A DNA stretch of 63,080 bases from Octopus bimaculoides (taxonomy: Eukaryota), in assembly GCF_001194135.2 (NCBI RefSeq), contig NC_068992.1, positions 31,263,261-31,326,340 of the forward strand, in the 5' to 3' direction. Of the stretch, positions 37,454 through 50,204 are shown piece by piece; position 1 is the stretch's first letter; each line of letters begins with the position of its first letter. Below the pieces are notes generated by a model. That model did not search any database. It saw only the letters and a list, made by a program, of their open reading frames with translations, and had not been told where the DNA came from. The translations under genes and the position numbers were made by a program.

Positions 37454-38246
37454 TGTCGTATATGCCAACAACAAAATGAGACCATCGATCATGTTGTCTC
37501 CATGTGCAGTCTGCTTGCGCCTACAGAGTATCTCAACAGGCATGATAGAGCTGCACAATATATTCACTGGGTAATATGCAAAAACCTGGACTTGCCCCAT
37601 GATAAAAACTGGTGGGAACACAAACCACCCCCAGTACTTGAAAATGATCACATTGCACTCNNNNNNNNNNNNNNNNNNNNNNNNNNNNNNNNNNNNNNNN
37701 NNNNNNNNNNNNNNNNNNNNNNNNNNNNNNNNNNNNNNNNNNNNNNNNNNNNNNNNNNNNNNNNNNNNNNNNNNNNNNNNNNNNNNNNNNNNNNNNNNNN
37801 NNNNNNNNNNNNNNNNNNNNNNNNNNNNNNNNNNNNNNNNNNNNNNNNNNNNNNNNNNNNNNNNNNNNNNNNNNNNNNNNNNNNNNNNNNNNNNNNNNNN
37901 NNNNNNNNNNNNNNNNNNNNNNNNNNNNNNNNNNNNNNNNNNNNNNNNNNNNNNNNNNNNNNNNNNNNNNNNNNNNNNNNNNNNNNNNNNNNNNNNNNNN
38001 NNNNNNNNNNNNNNNNNNNNNNNNNNNNNNNNNNNNNNNNNNNNNNNNNNNNNNNNNNNNNNNNNNNNNNNNNNNNNNNNNNNNNNNNNNNNNNNNNNNN
38101 NNNNNNNNNNNNNAAAACTGTACAAATCCAAATATATGGTACTCTAGGCATAACACCTACATGAACTTCTAACTTGTTGTCTCTTGAGGTCTCTGGGTGA
38201 GACTTGGATCCAACTTGTACAAATGCAAAACAAAAGTCAAACATAA
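37452..38246 (+). mobile_element. R4/Dong-type LINE 3' fragment (second family), gap inside
   Basis: CRICQQQNETIDHVVSMCSLLAPTEYLNRHDRAAQYIHW..WWEHKPPPVLEN; (TAA)n on both sides. Confidence 0.9.
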
Positions 38247-38303
<57 letters not shown>

Positions 38304-38305
<2 letters not shown>

Positions 38306-39107
38306 TATACTTGCCTCTTCATGGCAAATACTGGTCTAAACTAAACGCAAAAGAAATAGACAAGGCAAAATCTCAGCTATGACTGAGAAGCTCAGGACTC
38401 AAAGCAGAGACTGAAGGAATTTTAATTGCAGGACAAGATCAAAGCCTCCCCACCAGAAATTACCAAAAACATATAAGGAAAAGAAACATAACACTTAACT
38501 GCAGAATGTGTGGAGATGAACAGGAAACATTAAATCATATTGCCTCTGGTTGCCCAGTCTTGGCTAAGGAGATATATATTCACTGACTCGACAGAGTTTC
38601 AAGTACATACACTGGAAGCTATGCCAACATTATGGAATAACAACAGAAAAATGATGGTATAAGTACACACCAGAAAAGGTCCAAAAAATGAGAAAGCAAC
38701 CATATTATGTGATATGCCAATACACATAGACAGAGAAATTAAGGCCAATAGGCCAGATATAGTTGACAAAAATCATGAAGAAAAAATGCTTCCGAATTGA
38801 TGTATCAATACTAACAGATGACGACGTTTCTGTAAAAGAAATGGAAAAAAACTTTTTAAAATACAAAGACCTGGAAATAGAGGTAACTCGAATGTGGAGT
38901 CTAAAGACAGAAACAATTCCTATCATACTGGGCGCATTAATTATGATAAATAAATATTCAGACAACTACATGACAAGACTAACAAATATATATAACATTC
39001 AGAAAATAGCACTACTAGGCACTGCACATATCCCACGTAAAACACTTTCATTACAGTAAACATAAGAGCATCGCAGCAAACCACATCACATACCAAGGCA
39101 CAGAGAC
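38304..39107 (+). mobile_element. R4/Dong-type LINE 3' fragment (same family as 9381-10496)
   Basis: PLHGKYWSKLNAKEID..LRSSGLKAETEG..CRMCGDEQETLNHIASGC..ANRPDIV..IQKIALLGTAHIPRKTLSLQ*; (TAA)n on both sides. Confidence 0.92.
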
Positions 39108-39189
<82 letters not shown>

Positions 39190-39655
39190 CGGATGCAGTA
39201 CCAGGCAGTGGTTCTCATGGCTTCTGATCTTATTTGATTGGAAGTGGTATCATGTACATTGATTTGTCTTGGTATAAAAGATGGGCTAGAGCAAATATTC
39301 TGTTTAATACCACATATTTGCTTGTCGGTTGTTTGTCTTAACAGGTTGAGCATGTCCCTTGGTGGCTGACGATATGTGTATCTTTGATCATGAGCATAAC
39401 TAGTGAGGGAGCATCATAGCCATGTGTTGAGAGGAATTCTTGGGGTTTGAATAATTTACCTTTGGAAACGTGGGTGTTTTGTTCAACATACTTAAACAAA
39501 CCTTATTCAGGGACCTTTTGAGCGGGATGGACTACTCGATCTGAAGAAAATTGTAACTCTGTCCCACCTGCGAGATCATGCGCTTTTTATCTTCATATGA
39601 GATCACCATGTCGCGCACATATGATTGTGATGCATGTGCCTGATGTACCCGTAGT
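39190..39655 (+). mobile_element. Unclassified interspersed repeat adjoining (TAA)n
   Basis: Non-coding, relatively GC-rich block (gtaccaggcagtgg..gagcatgtcccttggtggctgacg..cagggaccttttgagcgggatgg..gatgcatgtgcctg) recalled as an abundant octopod repeat. No second copy in this window. Confidence 0.4.
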
Positions 39656-39699
39656 TTACAAACAGCGAACATTGAAATAGGGAGTGAGGGTCTATGCCG

Positions 39700-39745
39700 T
39701 TCTTACGTCAATACCGGAAGCTGAGAAACGGTTTGAAGGAAGTGA
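39700..39745. promoter_or_regulatory. Possible promoter motif cluster (CRE/ATF + two ETS-like sites)
   Basis: TTACGTCA 39703-39710, CCGGAAG 39714-39720, GGAAGTG 39738-39744. Short motifs; could be chance. Confidence 0.15.
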
Positions 39746-40214
39746 ATCATAAATATAAAGCAATATTATTTTTATTTTTAATAAAAAAAACATCAAATTA
39801 AGGACCCAACATATATCCGAGGATAAATTATTCATGCATCACAAGTATGGAAGCAATTGNNNNNNNNNNNNNNNNNNNNNNNNNNNNNNNNNNNNNNNNN
39901 NNNNNNNNNNNNNNNNNNNNNNNNNNNNNNNNNNNNNNNNNNNNNNNNNNNNNNNNNNNNNNNNNNNNNNNNNNNNNNNNNNNNNNNNNNNNNNNNNNNN
40001 NNNNNNNNNNNNNNNNNNNNNNNNNNNNNNNNNNNNNNNNNNNNNNNNNNNNNNNNNNNNNNNNNNNNNNNNATATATACATATACTCTGTAATTGATCG
40101 TGGGTAAGGCCGAAATAATGCGATGTAAACGCAAGGTAAATCACAAGAAAACAAATATGTGAATTAAGGTAGACTTTGTATACAACATTTTGAGGTTATA
40201 ATGCTATTTTCAAG

Positions 40215-40417
40215 AAATAGACGAGATGTTGCCGATGTGCATGTACACCAAAAGAAACCGAAGCCAACAACACAAGAGAGTTTCAGGAAGCTCGCTGGTT
40301 GCTATAACAACATCTTTCCGCGCATGTCCAATCCACACTCGCTCATACACTCGCACATTGGCAACATTCGTCTATTACTTGAAAATGGCGTCATAACCCC
40401 TAAATATTGAATACAAG
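40215..40417 (+). other. Candidate exon, probably non-coding
   Basis: Acceptor tattttcaag|, donor AAG|GTAAGT at 40418. Locally GC-richer; no frame open through the donor. Confidence 0.2.
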
Positions 40418-41835
40418 GTAAGTCTACATTAATTCACATATTTGTTTTCTTATGATCTACCTTGCATTTACTTCGTATTATTTTGGCTTTACCCACGATC
40501 CAATATAGAATATATTCTACATAATGCTTCATAGTAATTATTCCATTATATATATTTGTGTGTGTGTGTGTGTATAAATTTATGCGTGTGTGTGTCCGAG
40601 TTTGTTGCCCCAACACTATTGCTTGACAACTGGACTAAAGGGTGGTTCTCCAGGATGGCCCACGACAATTGACTGAAACATGTAAGACAATAAAAGAATA
40701 CCAGAAGAACTTTCCGTACCACTACACCAAGGGGGTTCTTTGAATATGTGCGATGTATTTAAGGCTAAATATTAATTCTGTTTACATTTGCGTAACTGAG
40801 ATATTTTGTTTGGTTGATATAGTTATCAGTTTTACACTTGCTTCTATATTCTGTAACTGTCATAATATAGAAACATTTCTCATGGCACCAGCTCACAATT
40901 TACAGATGCTTACATTTTTAATATCTTCTGTGAATTTTTCAAGGGTCCATCTAGTTAATATTAATTAGATGATAGAAAACAGAGGCAAAGCATAATTTTT
41001 GACTGCACTACCATCTATCTGGAACAAACAATATTGCATTTAACAGCAAAGAAGAATCTTACAGCAATTATGAATCTTCAAAATATTCATTTCAATAAAA
41101 TTATAAAAATATTCACTAAGACGTTACAGAAATATAATGAATAACGATAATTTTGTTGTGCCAATGATAAAGCACATGCACTGATTCAATTCTACTTCTT
41201 TATTATTTGTTAATTGGGTCAATATCGATCCAACTTACTAATCGATCAGTCAAACATTTCGTTCTTTTTTCTTTTTTCTTTGTTAGTCAAAGTTTTGTTG
41301 CTACTCGCAACCATTCCAGTGACTGTGATTAGGCTGCTTATATTGAACGGTGCTATCGCTCGAGATTTCTTCTCATGCCTGTGTGTATGGGTGCTTCTCT
41401 GTATGTGTAAATAAGTGTAGTTTGGAAAAGGCTGTCAGGATGGCAATAAAAGAAAGGTCTGTGTGAATGTGTGTACGTGTGGATGCTTGTTTGTGTAAAT
41501 GCTTGGACGCATGTGTTTTTGTGTATGTGGGTGAACGAGGGTGCGTGCCCTTACGTATGTTTCTATGCTTGCATGTGCGTATGCGTAGAATGTCGATGTG
41601 TGTATGCTTATGTTTTTGTGTCCCTGTGTGTGTGCGTGTTCCTATGCATGTCTGTACGAGTGCGTGTGCGTGCATATCTGCCAATGTGTGCATGTAAATA
41701 TGCGTGTGTGTGAAATGAAAATGTACAAATTATCCTATAACTTTGTACGGACTATATGAGTTTCTGTGCTTTCTGTTATTCTAATCGTACATCCTACATG
41801 TTTTCTACATGTGCACCTATCCCCATATGTATGTA

Positions 41836-41903
<68 letters not shown>

Positions 41904-43174
41904 NNNNNNNNNNNNNNNNNNNNNNNNNNNNNNNNNNNNNNNNNNNNNNNNNNNNNNNNNNNNNNNNNNNNNATATATATATATATATATATATACCTAC
42001 CTAACTTTCTTCCTATTAGCTAACTGCCCATCTTCCTACCTAAAGACATAATTACCTGCGTAGCTACCTAACTATTCGTTCTACTGATTGAACCAACTCC
42101 CAGCTATCCTAACTTCCAAACTACCCATCTACCTGTCAGCCTGCCTAAACACTTATCTATCTACTTGCCCGATGCGTGTGTTATTATTATTGGCGCAAAT
42201 ACCCTCCCAAGGCATTCCAAGGCAGGAAAATTTGTATGAACACACAAATTCACTTAAAGAATATTGGAAACCAAATACGTAAACGCAATAACGGAAACGG
42301 GCAGAATGTTGTTTCTCTAAAATAATAAAACACTATTAACAAAAGCAAAGGAAATACTGATTCAAGAGGCGTTTGTTGTAACCAAGAAGAGTGAAGACCA
42401 TTACAAATTTTAAGTGTACAAAGTAAACTTTTACCTACCGAATGAAAAGATGATGATCGCGTACATTACTATCAATCAAAAATAAATTGTACAATATAAA
42501 AACATCCAGGAAATGTCTGTAACTCTGAATCCAAACACTGATCCAAATGTTGGCACGGGATTACGTTTCAATGCGCCTCATGGCCAAGGACTTTTCAGCT
42601 GAAGCTATGAAGTATTTATAAGGATTAAGATTATATTATTTACCTACAGATTATTAGTGGAAATACCCACTGAAGACACATTTTTGATAAGGCCATCCAC
42701 TATTGAACTACAAAATCTATGTCTACAACCATGACAAATGTTTCATTTGATTTTGCGTAAAACGAAGTCAAGATTAGAAATCTCTCCATAATAGAACAGG
42801 TACAAATATCTATCAGAACACGATCTTGAAGATTTATAATGTCATTATAATCTGCAGTAGAATAATCCACAGAGAATGAGAGAGAGAAAGAGAGAGACAG
42901 GAAGAGAGTACTGCAGACAAAGAAAGAGAGGGAGAGAGAGAGAGAGAGAATGACATAGAGAGAGAGATACAGTGAGAGACAGTTTACTTTGCTGTAAACC
43001 AACAAGTGGAAATGCCATGCATCATAATCAATGACTTAAATCTAAAAGCAATAATGCCTATTCAAACATGTATCTCCACGATAAAAGACAATGAAATATA
43101 TACAATTAGGATTGGTTATGGTCAACGAAGCATCATCTATTAAATTTGCACAGATAGAAATGTATATCTACATA

Positions 43175-43545
43175 AGTGGCTTTGTGGCAAGGAACATGGT
43201 TTTCAACAACATGGTCCCCGGTTCATTCCCTTTGCGTGGCAGCATGGGAAAGTGTCTTCTACTATAGCATCGAGTCGATCAAAGTTTCTTGAGTGGATTT
43301 GGCAGAGAGAAACTGAATAAAGTCCATCATATGTGTGGGTGTGTGTCGGTGTCTATTTTTGTCCCTCGTTACTGCTTGACAGCCTGTGTTGGTGTGTTTA
43401 CGCCCCCGTTATATAGCGGTTTGGTAAAAGGGGCACAGAGAAGAACTACCAGGCTTTTAAAAAAATAGGACTGGGGTCGATTCGGTCAATTAAAATTCTC
43501 CAAGGTGGTAAGCACAGCTGTTGTACAATGGTTAAAACAAGTAAT
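43175..43545 (+). mobile_element. SINE family B, head and tail contiguous
   Basis: gtggctttgtgg..ggaaagtgtcttctactatagc..gagtggatttggcag..gcttgacagcctgtgttggtgtgtttacg..ggggtcgattcgg..aaacaagtaa. Confidence 0.8.
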
Positions 43546-44199
43546 ATATATATNNNNNNNNNNNNNNNNNNNNNNNNNNNNNNNNNNNNNNNNNNNNNNN
43601 NNNNNNNNNNNNNNNNNNNNNNNNNNNNNNNNNNNNNNNNNNNNNNNNNNNNNNNNNNNNNNNNNNNNNNNNNNNNNNNNNNNNNNNNNNNNNNNNNNNN
43701 NNNNNNNNNNNNNNNNNNNNNNNNNNNNNNNNNNNNNNNNNNNNNNNNNNNNNNNNNNNNNNNNNNNNNNNNNNNNNNNNNNNNNNNNNNNNNNNNNNNN
43801 NNNNNNNNNNNNNNNNNNNNNNNNNNNNNNNNNNNNNNNNNNNNNNNNNNNNNNNNNNNNNNNNNNNNNNNNNNNNNNNNNNNNNNNNNNNNNNNNNNNN
43901 NNNNNNNNNNNNNNNNNNNNNNNNNNNNNNCGAGTAAAAATAAATACAAAAAAGGTGTTTTTTTTGTATGATTGTGTATAGAGGAATATATTATTTTGTT
44001 TAAAAGAATTCCAACACTGTCTGTTTTTTTATGTTTTATTTATATTCCTGCAGAACCAGTGTGGGGTATAGAATATGGAATATACAATATATAATATAAA
44101 ACAAAATAAAATAAAAATGGATGGCACCATGAAAGAAAGTATTGAATGTAGATGAAATATTGAGTGTTCAATATAAAGGATCAAATATATAAATATAAA

Positions 44200-46750
44200 T
44201 ATATAAAGGCGACTCGAGTTTCAGGGCTATTTCCCTTCGTCATGGCCGGTATGACAGACTTTAACCTCTAACAATTCAAAGAGGGATGTTGAATGGCGTT
44301 CATGCGCATGAGGCACTAAGCCAATTATCTGTTAAGAAATGTGATTTTAGGTAGATCCTGTTATTTAGATGGTCAATCGGTCGTTGAATGTGGTTTGTCT
44401 GAGAAGCGTGATAGCACCTGCAATTGCCTAAATATCTTTTTAAGTTGGTCTTTGAGGTCTTGGTGGGTTGGAGTATGCCTACCTATAGTTTAGCAGCCAT
44501 GATGAAGATGATCGTCTATATTAGCGTAGTCTTCAGTAATATTATATGCCGTGGTAGTATTCGGTGATAACAATCTTTGTAATAGTCGATGAAAGTATAG
44601 TGGTAGGCAACAAAGACAATCATCGTCGTACTCACAGTGGTCTCCTTCGGGACAGTGGCTAATATGGTACTGGCAAGCAACAGTATCAATCATCGTCGAA
44701 GTGGTAGTGATGTTGGCCGGGGCAAGGGTGAAGAAGAGCAAGAGTTGTAATAATAGGATCTCGACTTCGGTCGATTATTGATCACTAGGTTAAGCCTATG
44801 GATCAACAAGCACTCCATGGTACAGAGATTCCCTCTATTTCTCTCGGTGGTCAATATGGAAGCATTAATCTCGTTGGTATTTCTACCGCATCTGAGTTCG
44901 AGCTTGTAAAAGAAGACGTGTTTGTAATCAGGTGTTCCTTGAGTTGGACAATAGGGTCTTCTGATTGAATACTGTACTGGTAAACAATATATGTCTACAG
45001 GCAATTGCTCACGTAACTGAAAGCAACAGTTCTCTTTCGTTCAGGTCTTATCATCTGCGTGAGATATATTCGTGGCAGGTGCCTACACATAGATAATCTG
45101 AGTAGCCTAGTAAGGTGTTGAGACCTTCCCTGCAGGTGACTTTACGAATAGCAACGTGAATCTAATGATCATACAGAGAAATCCTCTGGAAGTGGCAGCA
45201 CGAGTAATACTTCCTGCCATGTATATCTAACTTGTAGCCGTGAAGAGTGTTGGTAATGACACTGGGTATTTGATGACCCCAACAATCTCAAGGAAATTGG
45301 TGACTGGAGTGGTCTGAGTTGCAGCATTTTCTTTATATAGAACTACGCATCGATTTTCCCGCGCCCGTAATACTTAACAAAACGTAATGGAAAGACAGGA
45401 AATCCTCTGTGACAGGTTGTTCGGTAATCTGGTTCCTTGTGTTGTTACAAATCTACGAGAGAGTGTTTTGTATCCCTATTGGAAGAAATGAACATGAGGA
45501 TGCCGTCCACATACCTGGTGACAAACGTGCATAAGTGATAGATTTTGGTTGTTCTTCGCTTTAACCAACCAACGTAATCAATAACTAGTAAACCTGAGAG
45601 GTTGGGTCCCATCCGAATGATATTTGTATGTATTGCCAAGGATATCAAAATGCGTGTTATTGACCATAAATCACAACACTTAGTCATTTCGGAATTATTG
45701 AGTCCAAAAGTGTGCAAATCTCAGGGAGAGAATGGTACCGTCATCATTTCGATAGCGGGAAGAGTTCAAACAGAGGTGAGGAGCGGTACAAGATTTAGAT
45801 GAAAAGTGATCCTGTTCGAGTAGGTATAGTTGCTGGATGATTTCGTTCTAGGTGTTGAAATAACACGAGAAAGACGAAAGTAAGGGTCTCAGGAATGTTG
45901 TAAAGAAGCATATGATTTTATAAAATGTTCCTTCTATGACCTAGGCAATGGATTTCGTGTGGACGTCATGTCCAGTGTTGGTAAGTTTTAATCCAGTGGT
46001 AACATGCAGGCATCCTGCTTTTGTATGTAATGAAGATCCTTTTGCCATTTAGTGGGGGTTTTCGCCTACTAGAAATGTTAGTATAGGAGTTATTTTTTTT
46101 TTATCAGGACATGAATTAAAGTCACAGTAACTCTAGTGAGTTTGTTATAAAGCTAGATGCTGCAATATTATTTCACTGCTAGGCTATTGCACAAGGCCAG
46201 TGCCATGACACAAAATACCTTGGATTTGTCGTATTCTTCGCATGAATATTTTTGCTGTGGTATTTTACCATACAAAGAGGTTGAGCGGGAGGAATTAGTG
46301 TATGTGACTAGGATGGTGAAAACGAGGTGTTTTAACCAGGAGAGATTACCGTCCAGGTTTTTCTTGGTTGTGGATAAGGGAATGTGGAGTCAGAGAGGTA
46401 GAAGAGGAAAGTGTGTTGAGTGGAATGGTAATTTTCCCTGGTTGTTTGTTCCGACGTGGACGTAGGTTGGGGTATCCAACCTTCTGAAACCAACATTATT
46501 TCTGAAACAGATCGAAATTCAAGGACGCTTGTATTTGAATGGAAGATAGCTATCCGCGTGCATAGAAGGCGTTAACGGTTCAGTTCTTTTGTGTAAACTG
46601 TCATTGGTTAACGAAAAAATACTCAATTGCTTGCTCATGCGAAGGTAAATCGCATCGTTGATTTGAAGCTGCTGTTCTTGTATAGTTGCAAGTAATTTTA
46701 AAATCGGGATGACTTGACTCACGCAAGAATCATACAAATCTCGTCAAAGC
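44200..46750 (-). mobile_element. Second, divergent and heavily decayed Penelope-like element
   Basis: In order on the minus strand: EEYDKSKVFCVM (DKG motif); WIKLTNTGH..IEGTFYKI; NNTHFDILGNTYK; RMGPNLSGLL; TRYVDGILMF; LSFHYVLLSITG..RKCCNSDH; RIYLKSHF; HHR at the 3' end. Confidence 0.65.
44208..44248 (-). ncRNA. Hammerhead ribozyme relic at 3' end of PLE 2
   Basis: Minus strand ggc-C(a)TGACGA-AGGG-aaatag-CCCT-GAA-ACTCGAGT-C-gcc: stem I GGC/GCC, stem II 4 bp, perfectly palindromic stem III, GTC triplet, one extra A in the core. Confidence 0.6.
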
Positions 46751-47369
46751 CTTAACACAGTCCCTCTTCGATATTTTCTTTACTTATGCCCTGGAGCAAA
46801 ATGGTGATCTATGAAATTAAGAAATTCGCTAGCTATATAATTTACTGCTAGTTTAAATTCCGGGTTGTAACATAAAACTGAATGGACAAAAAACAAATCC
46901 ATTCAAAGAGAATTCATGGATGACGTGGCATAGAATAATTATAGGAATAAATAATGATCATCATAAATGCGATTACACTCAGACAACAATCCAAATTACG
47001 ATGATAAAAATAAATTAGAGTAATCGTAAAAGGTCTTGTATCGGTGCTACAGCATGGCCGCAGTCAGATGACTGAAACAAGTAAAAGTAAAAGAGTAAAA
47101 AAATCTAGATTCACCTTATACATATGGAAACCAGAAACGAAATGAAGGTGCTTCATCCCAAATATACAGCATAATATAGCGTGGTATCAGTTGATCTGGC
47201 GCAATATTTCTACACATACATATATATGTAATTAAAGACATACGTTCATATATATCAATTTGTAGGAAAAAGAGGAATCCAAATACGTTAGTGATCCAAA
47301 ACTTAAACTGTTACGTCATTGTCCACTCTTTCTCACCGTATTTGTTTATGTTTGTGAGTGTGTGTGTGT

Positions 47370-47409
<40 letters not shown>

Positions 47410-47809
47410 GCACTGGTATTCATTAATATATCGCACATACTTTATATTCAAATGTGTAGCCAGTCGCGACCGAAAGCCTGTAACATCACAATTCATTATC
47501 AAAAACACGGTCCACTTCAACAGTTCGACTTCTACAAGTGCTCTCGCCTTCAGCTTTACGTCAAACAAACTCTGATTTATTCAACTACAATATATCCTTC
47601 ACATTTACCTTCCTAACATCTCCTACCAACCGTGTTGCTCTCTTGTCTTCTAGACTATAAACAAATATATATATCTTAAGTACAACACGCTAACCGCTAA
47701 GGAATACGCCTTCACACATTGATACAAGCGCACACACATCCTACACACATGCAAATACACACACACACACGCGCACATCTCACATGATCGACGAAATTAT
47801 CAAGTTTTA

Positions 47810-48180
47810 TTATACATCGCTGGTCACAATGCACTTTGCATTGCATTTAGCTTTCGAATGTCACCATCCCACCTAGATAAGTTGGCCAACATTCCCACCC
47901 CCGTTCACAAGACTACTCCATGATAGGGTATTACGTTTACATATGAGTGAACTGGAGCAACATGAAATAAAGTGTTTTGCTCAAGAACACAATGTGCCAC
48001 TCAGTCCAAGAATCGGACCCATGGCGTTGTGTTGTGTTCTTGAGCAACAACACTTTATTTCCCGTTGCTCTGTGATTATTTCGTCATCTGGCATGTGGCA
48101 CACGGTGCACCTGTATAGGTAATGTCGATTTGATGGAGCGAGTAAGTTTATCTGAACAGAAACATTTGATAACTATAAAC
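47810..48180. mobile_element. Head-to-head pair of related SINE bodies forming an inverted repeat
   Basis: Arms 47955-47992 and 48032-48070 (gagcaacatgaaataaagtgttttgctcaagaacacaa vs revcomp gagcaacgggaaataaagtgttgttgctcaagaacacaa). B-box remnant in the spacer on the minus strand. Confidence 0.7.
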
Positions 48181-48199
48181 AAATCATGTGTGTGACTGT

Positions 48200-48960
48200 T
48201 CGGAGCGAAATTTAATTCGTTATTCGCCACTGCAGGCTAAATGTAAAGGGACAATACAGGACAAGCAAGACAGATTGAGTGGGGATCGTACATAGGCACA
48301 ACAATGAAAAATATTGTCTTTATGTCTACGCCCAGACCTTTCCGGAAAAATACCGCCGTAACCGCAACTCTGGGCTGGCAGGGAGAGACACGAAAATCTC
48401 ATAACCATCGAAGAGAGGTAAGAAAGCCTGTGGCCTAGTCAGTCTGGTTTCGCTAGGGAATATAATAACCAAATTCCATGACCTGAGATCGTTTAGGAAA
48501 TTTCCTTTGGGATCCCAGGCCATGTACATTTATGCTACCTAACATGAGCGAAAAGATGAAGAGTGGAAGAAAAGAAAAGCATTAACTTGGTGATTAACTT
48601 TGTGGGGATAGGTATATTCTCTCCTCCCAGTGTGGCTCGTAGGGACTCTTGGAATAAATTCCGATATAACCCATTTGTTATAATGCAGTTGCAGAGTTCC
48701 AATGTCTCCAGAGAATTTATCTTTTAACTTATTGTAACTCTAAGTGTTGCTGTCAATATTTATGAATTTTATGTGTGCAGGAATTTGTGTGTATGAAGCG
48801 GGGGCGTTGAATGTGTTGATGTGCGGATTTTTATTTGTGTGTTCTAATAGATGTGAGTTGTTGGTGTTTATGGCTGTGATGTTGATTACCATGACAGTTG
48901 TGGGTGGTGCTTGTGTAGTTGGGAGGGATGTTACTGAAACGTATATGTAGGTTGTTTTAT
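48200..48960 (-). mobile_element. L1/Tx1-like fragment: ORF1 tail plus APE start
   Basis: From ATG 48545: MLGSINVHGLG..FLNDLRSWNLVIIFPSETRL..FDGYEIFVS..TAVFFRKGLG. Confidence 0.7.
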
Positions 48961-49113
48961 TCTCTTTCGAGCTTTATAGCTTGTAATCAATTTATTTCTA
49001 CCGTTATGTTTTTTAAAAGAAATTCTAAACATTTTATGATATACAAATAAATTATTCATGCATCAATGTTATCTCTATTTTCTCTTACTTCAAAATATCT
49101 ATCTATCTATCTA

Positions 49114-49157
<44 letters not shown>

Positions 49158-50204
49158 NNNNNNNNNNNNNNNNNNNNNNNNNNNNNNNNNNNNNNNNNNN
49201 NNNNNNNNNNNNNNNNNNNNNNNNNNNNNNNNNNNNNNNNNNNNNNNNNNNNNNNNNNNNNNNNNNNNNNNNNNNNNNNNNNNNNNNNNNNNNNNNNNNN
49301 NNNNNNNNNNNNNNNNNNNNNNNNNNNNNNNNNNNNNNNNNNNNNNNNNNNNNNNNNNNNNNNNNNNNNNNNNNNNNNNNNNNNNNNNNNNNNNNNNNNN
49401 NNNNNNNNNNNNNNNNNNNNNNNNNNNNNNNNNNNNNNNNNNNNNNNNNNNNNNNNNNNNNNNNNNNNNNNNNNNNNNNNNNNNNNNNNNNNNNNNNNNN
49501 NNNNNNNNNNNNNNNNNNNNNNNNNNNNNNNNNNNNNNNNNNNNNNNNNNNNNNNNNNNNNNNNNNNNNNNNNNNNNNNNNNNNNNNNNNNNNNNNNNNN
49601 NNNNNNNNNNNNNNNNNNNNNNNNNNNNNNNNNNNNNNNNNNNNNNNNNNNNNNNNNNNNNNNNNNNNNNNNNNNNNNNNNNNNNNNNNNNNNNNNNNNN
49701 NNNNNNNNNNNNNNNNNNNNNNNNNNNNNNNNNNNNNNNNNNNNNNNNNNNNNNNNNNNNNNNNNNNNNNNNNNNNNNNNNNNNNNNNNNNNNNNNNNNN
49801 NNNNNNNNNNNNNNNNNNNNNNNNNNNNNNNNNNNNNNNNNNNNNNNNNNNNNNNNNNNNNNNNNNNNNNNNNNNNNNNNNNNNNNNNNNNNNNNNNNNN
49901 NNNNNNNNNNNNNNNNNNNNNNNNNNNNNNNNNNNNNNNNNNNNNNNNNNNNNNNNNNTATATATATAAATATGCACGTCTTAGAGTGTACCCTACCATG
50001 GAAAATATATCAACAGTACAAAGGAATCAAATGTCATCACCCCACAGGCCTCATATACATTTAAAATAGCTGTTCAGCAGACTTTAACCAATAAAGCATT
50101 TCTTGATGCGCTCAGTGGCTACTATTAATACCCACCCCATGAAAGAGAGGAATGATGACCGAAGCCGAAAGTTTGAGTTTACACTGGCAATATACATGTA
50201 TTAC

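Noticed and set aside
37372-39190. CRISPR-like repeat-spacer array
   Set aside because: Repeats are simple (TAA)n and the 'spacers' are LINE fragments in eukaryotic DNA.
41244-41401. Minus-strand open frame between |AG and GTAAGT (RSTHTHRHEKK..TDRL)
   Set aside because: Begins in CA-repeat-derived sequence, an equally plausible + strand acceptor overlaps it, and there is no homology.
42437-42700. Signal-peptide-like mini-exons (MALSKMCLQWVFPLIIC; MYAIIIFSF) and a + strand pair joined by a 38-45-nt intron
   Set aside because: Implied introns are too short or joins hit stop codons; readings are mutually incompatible.
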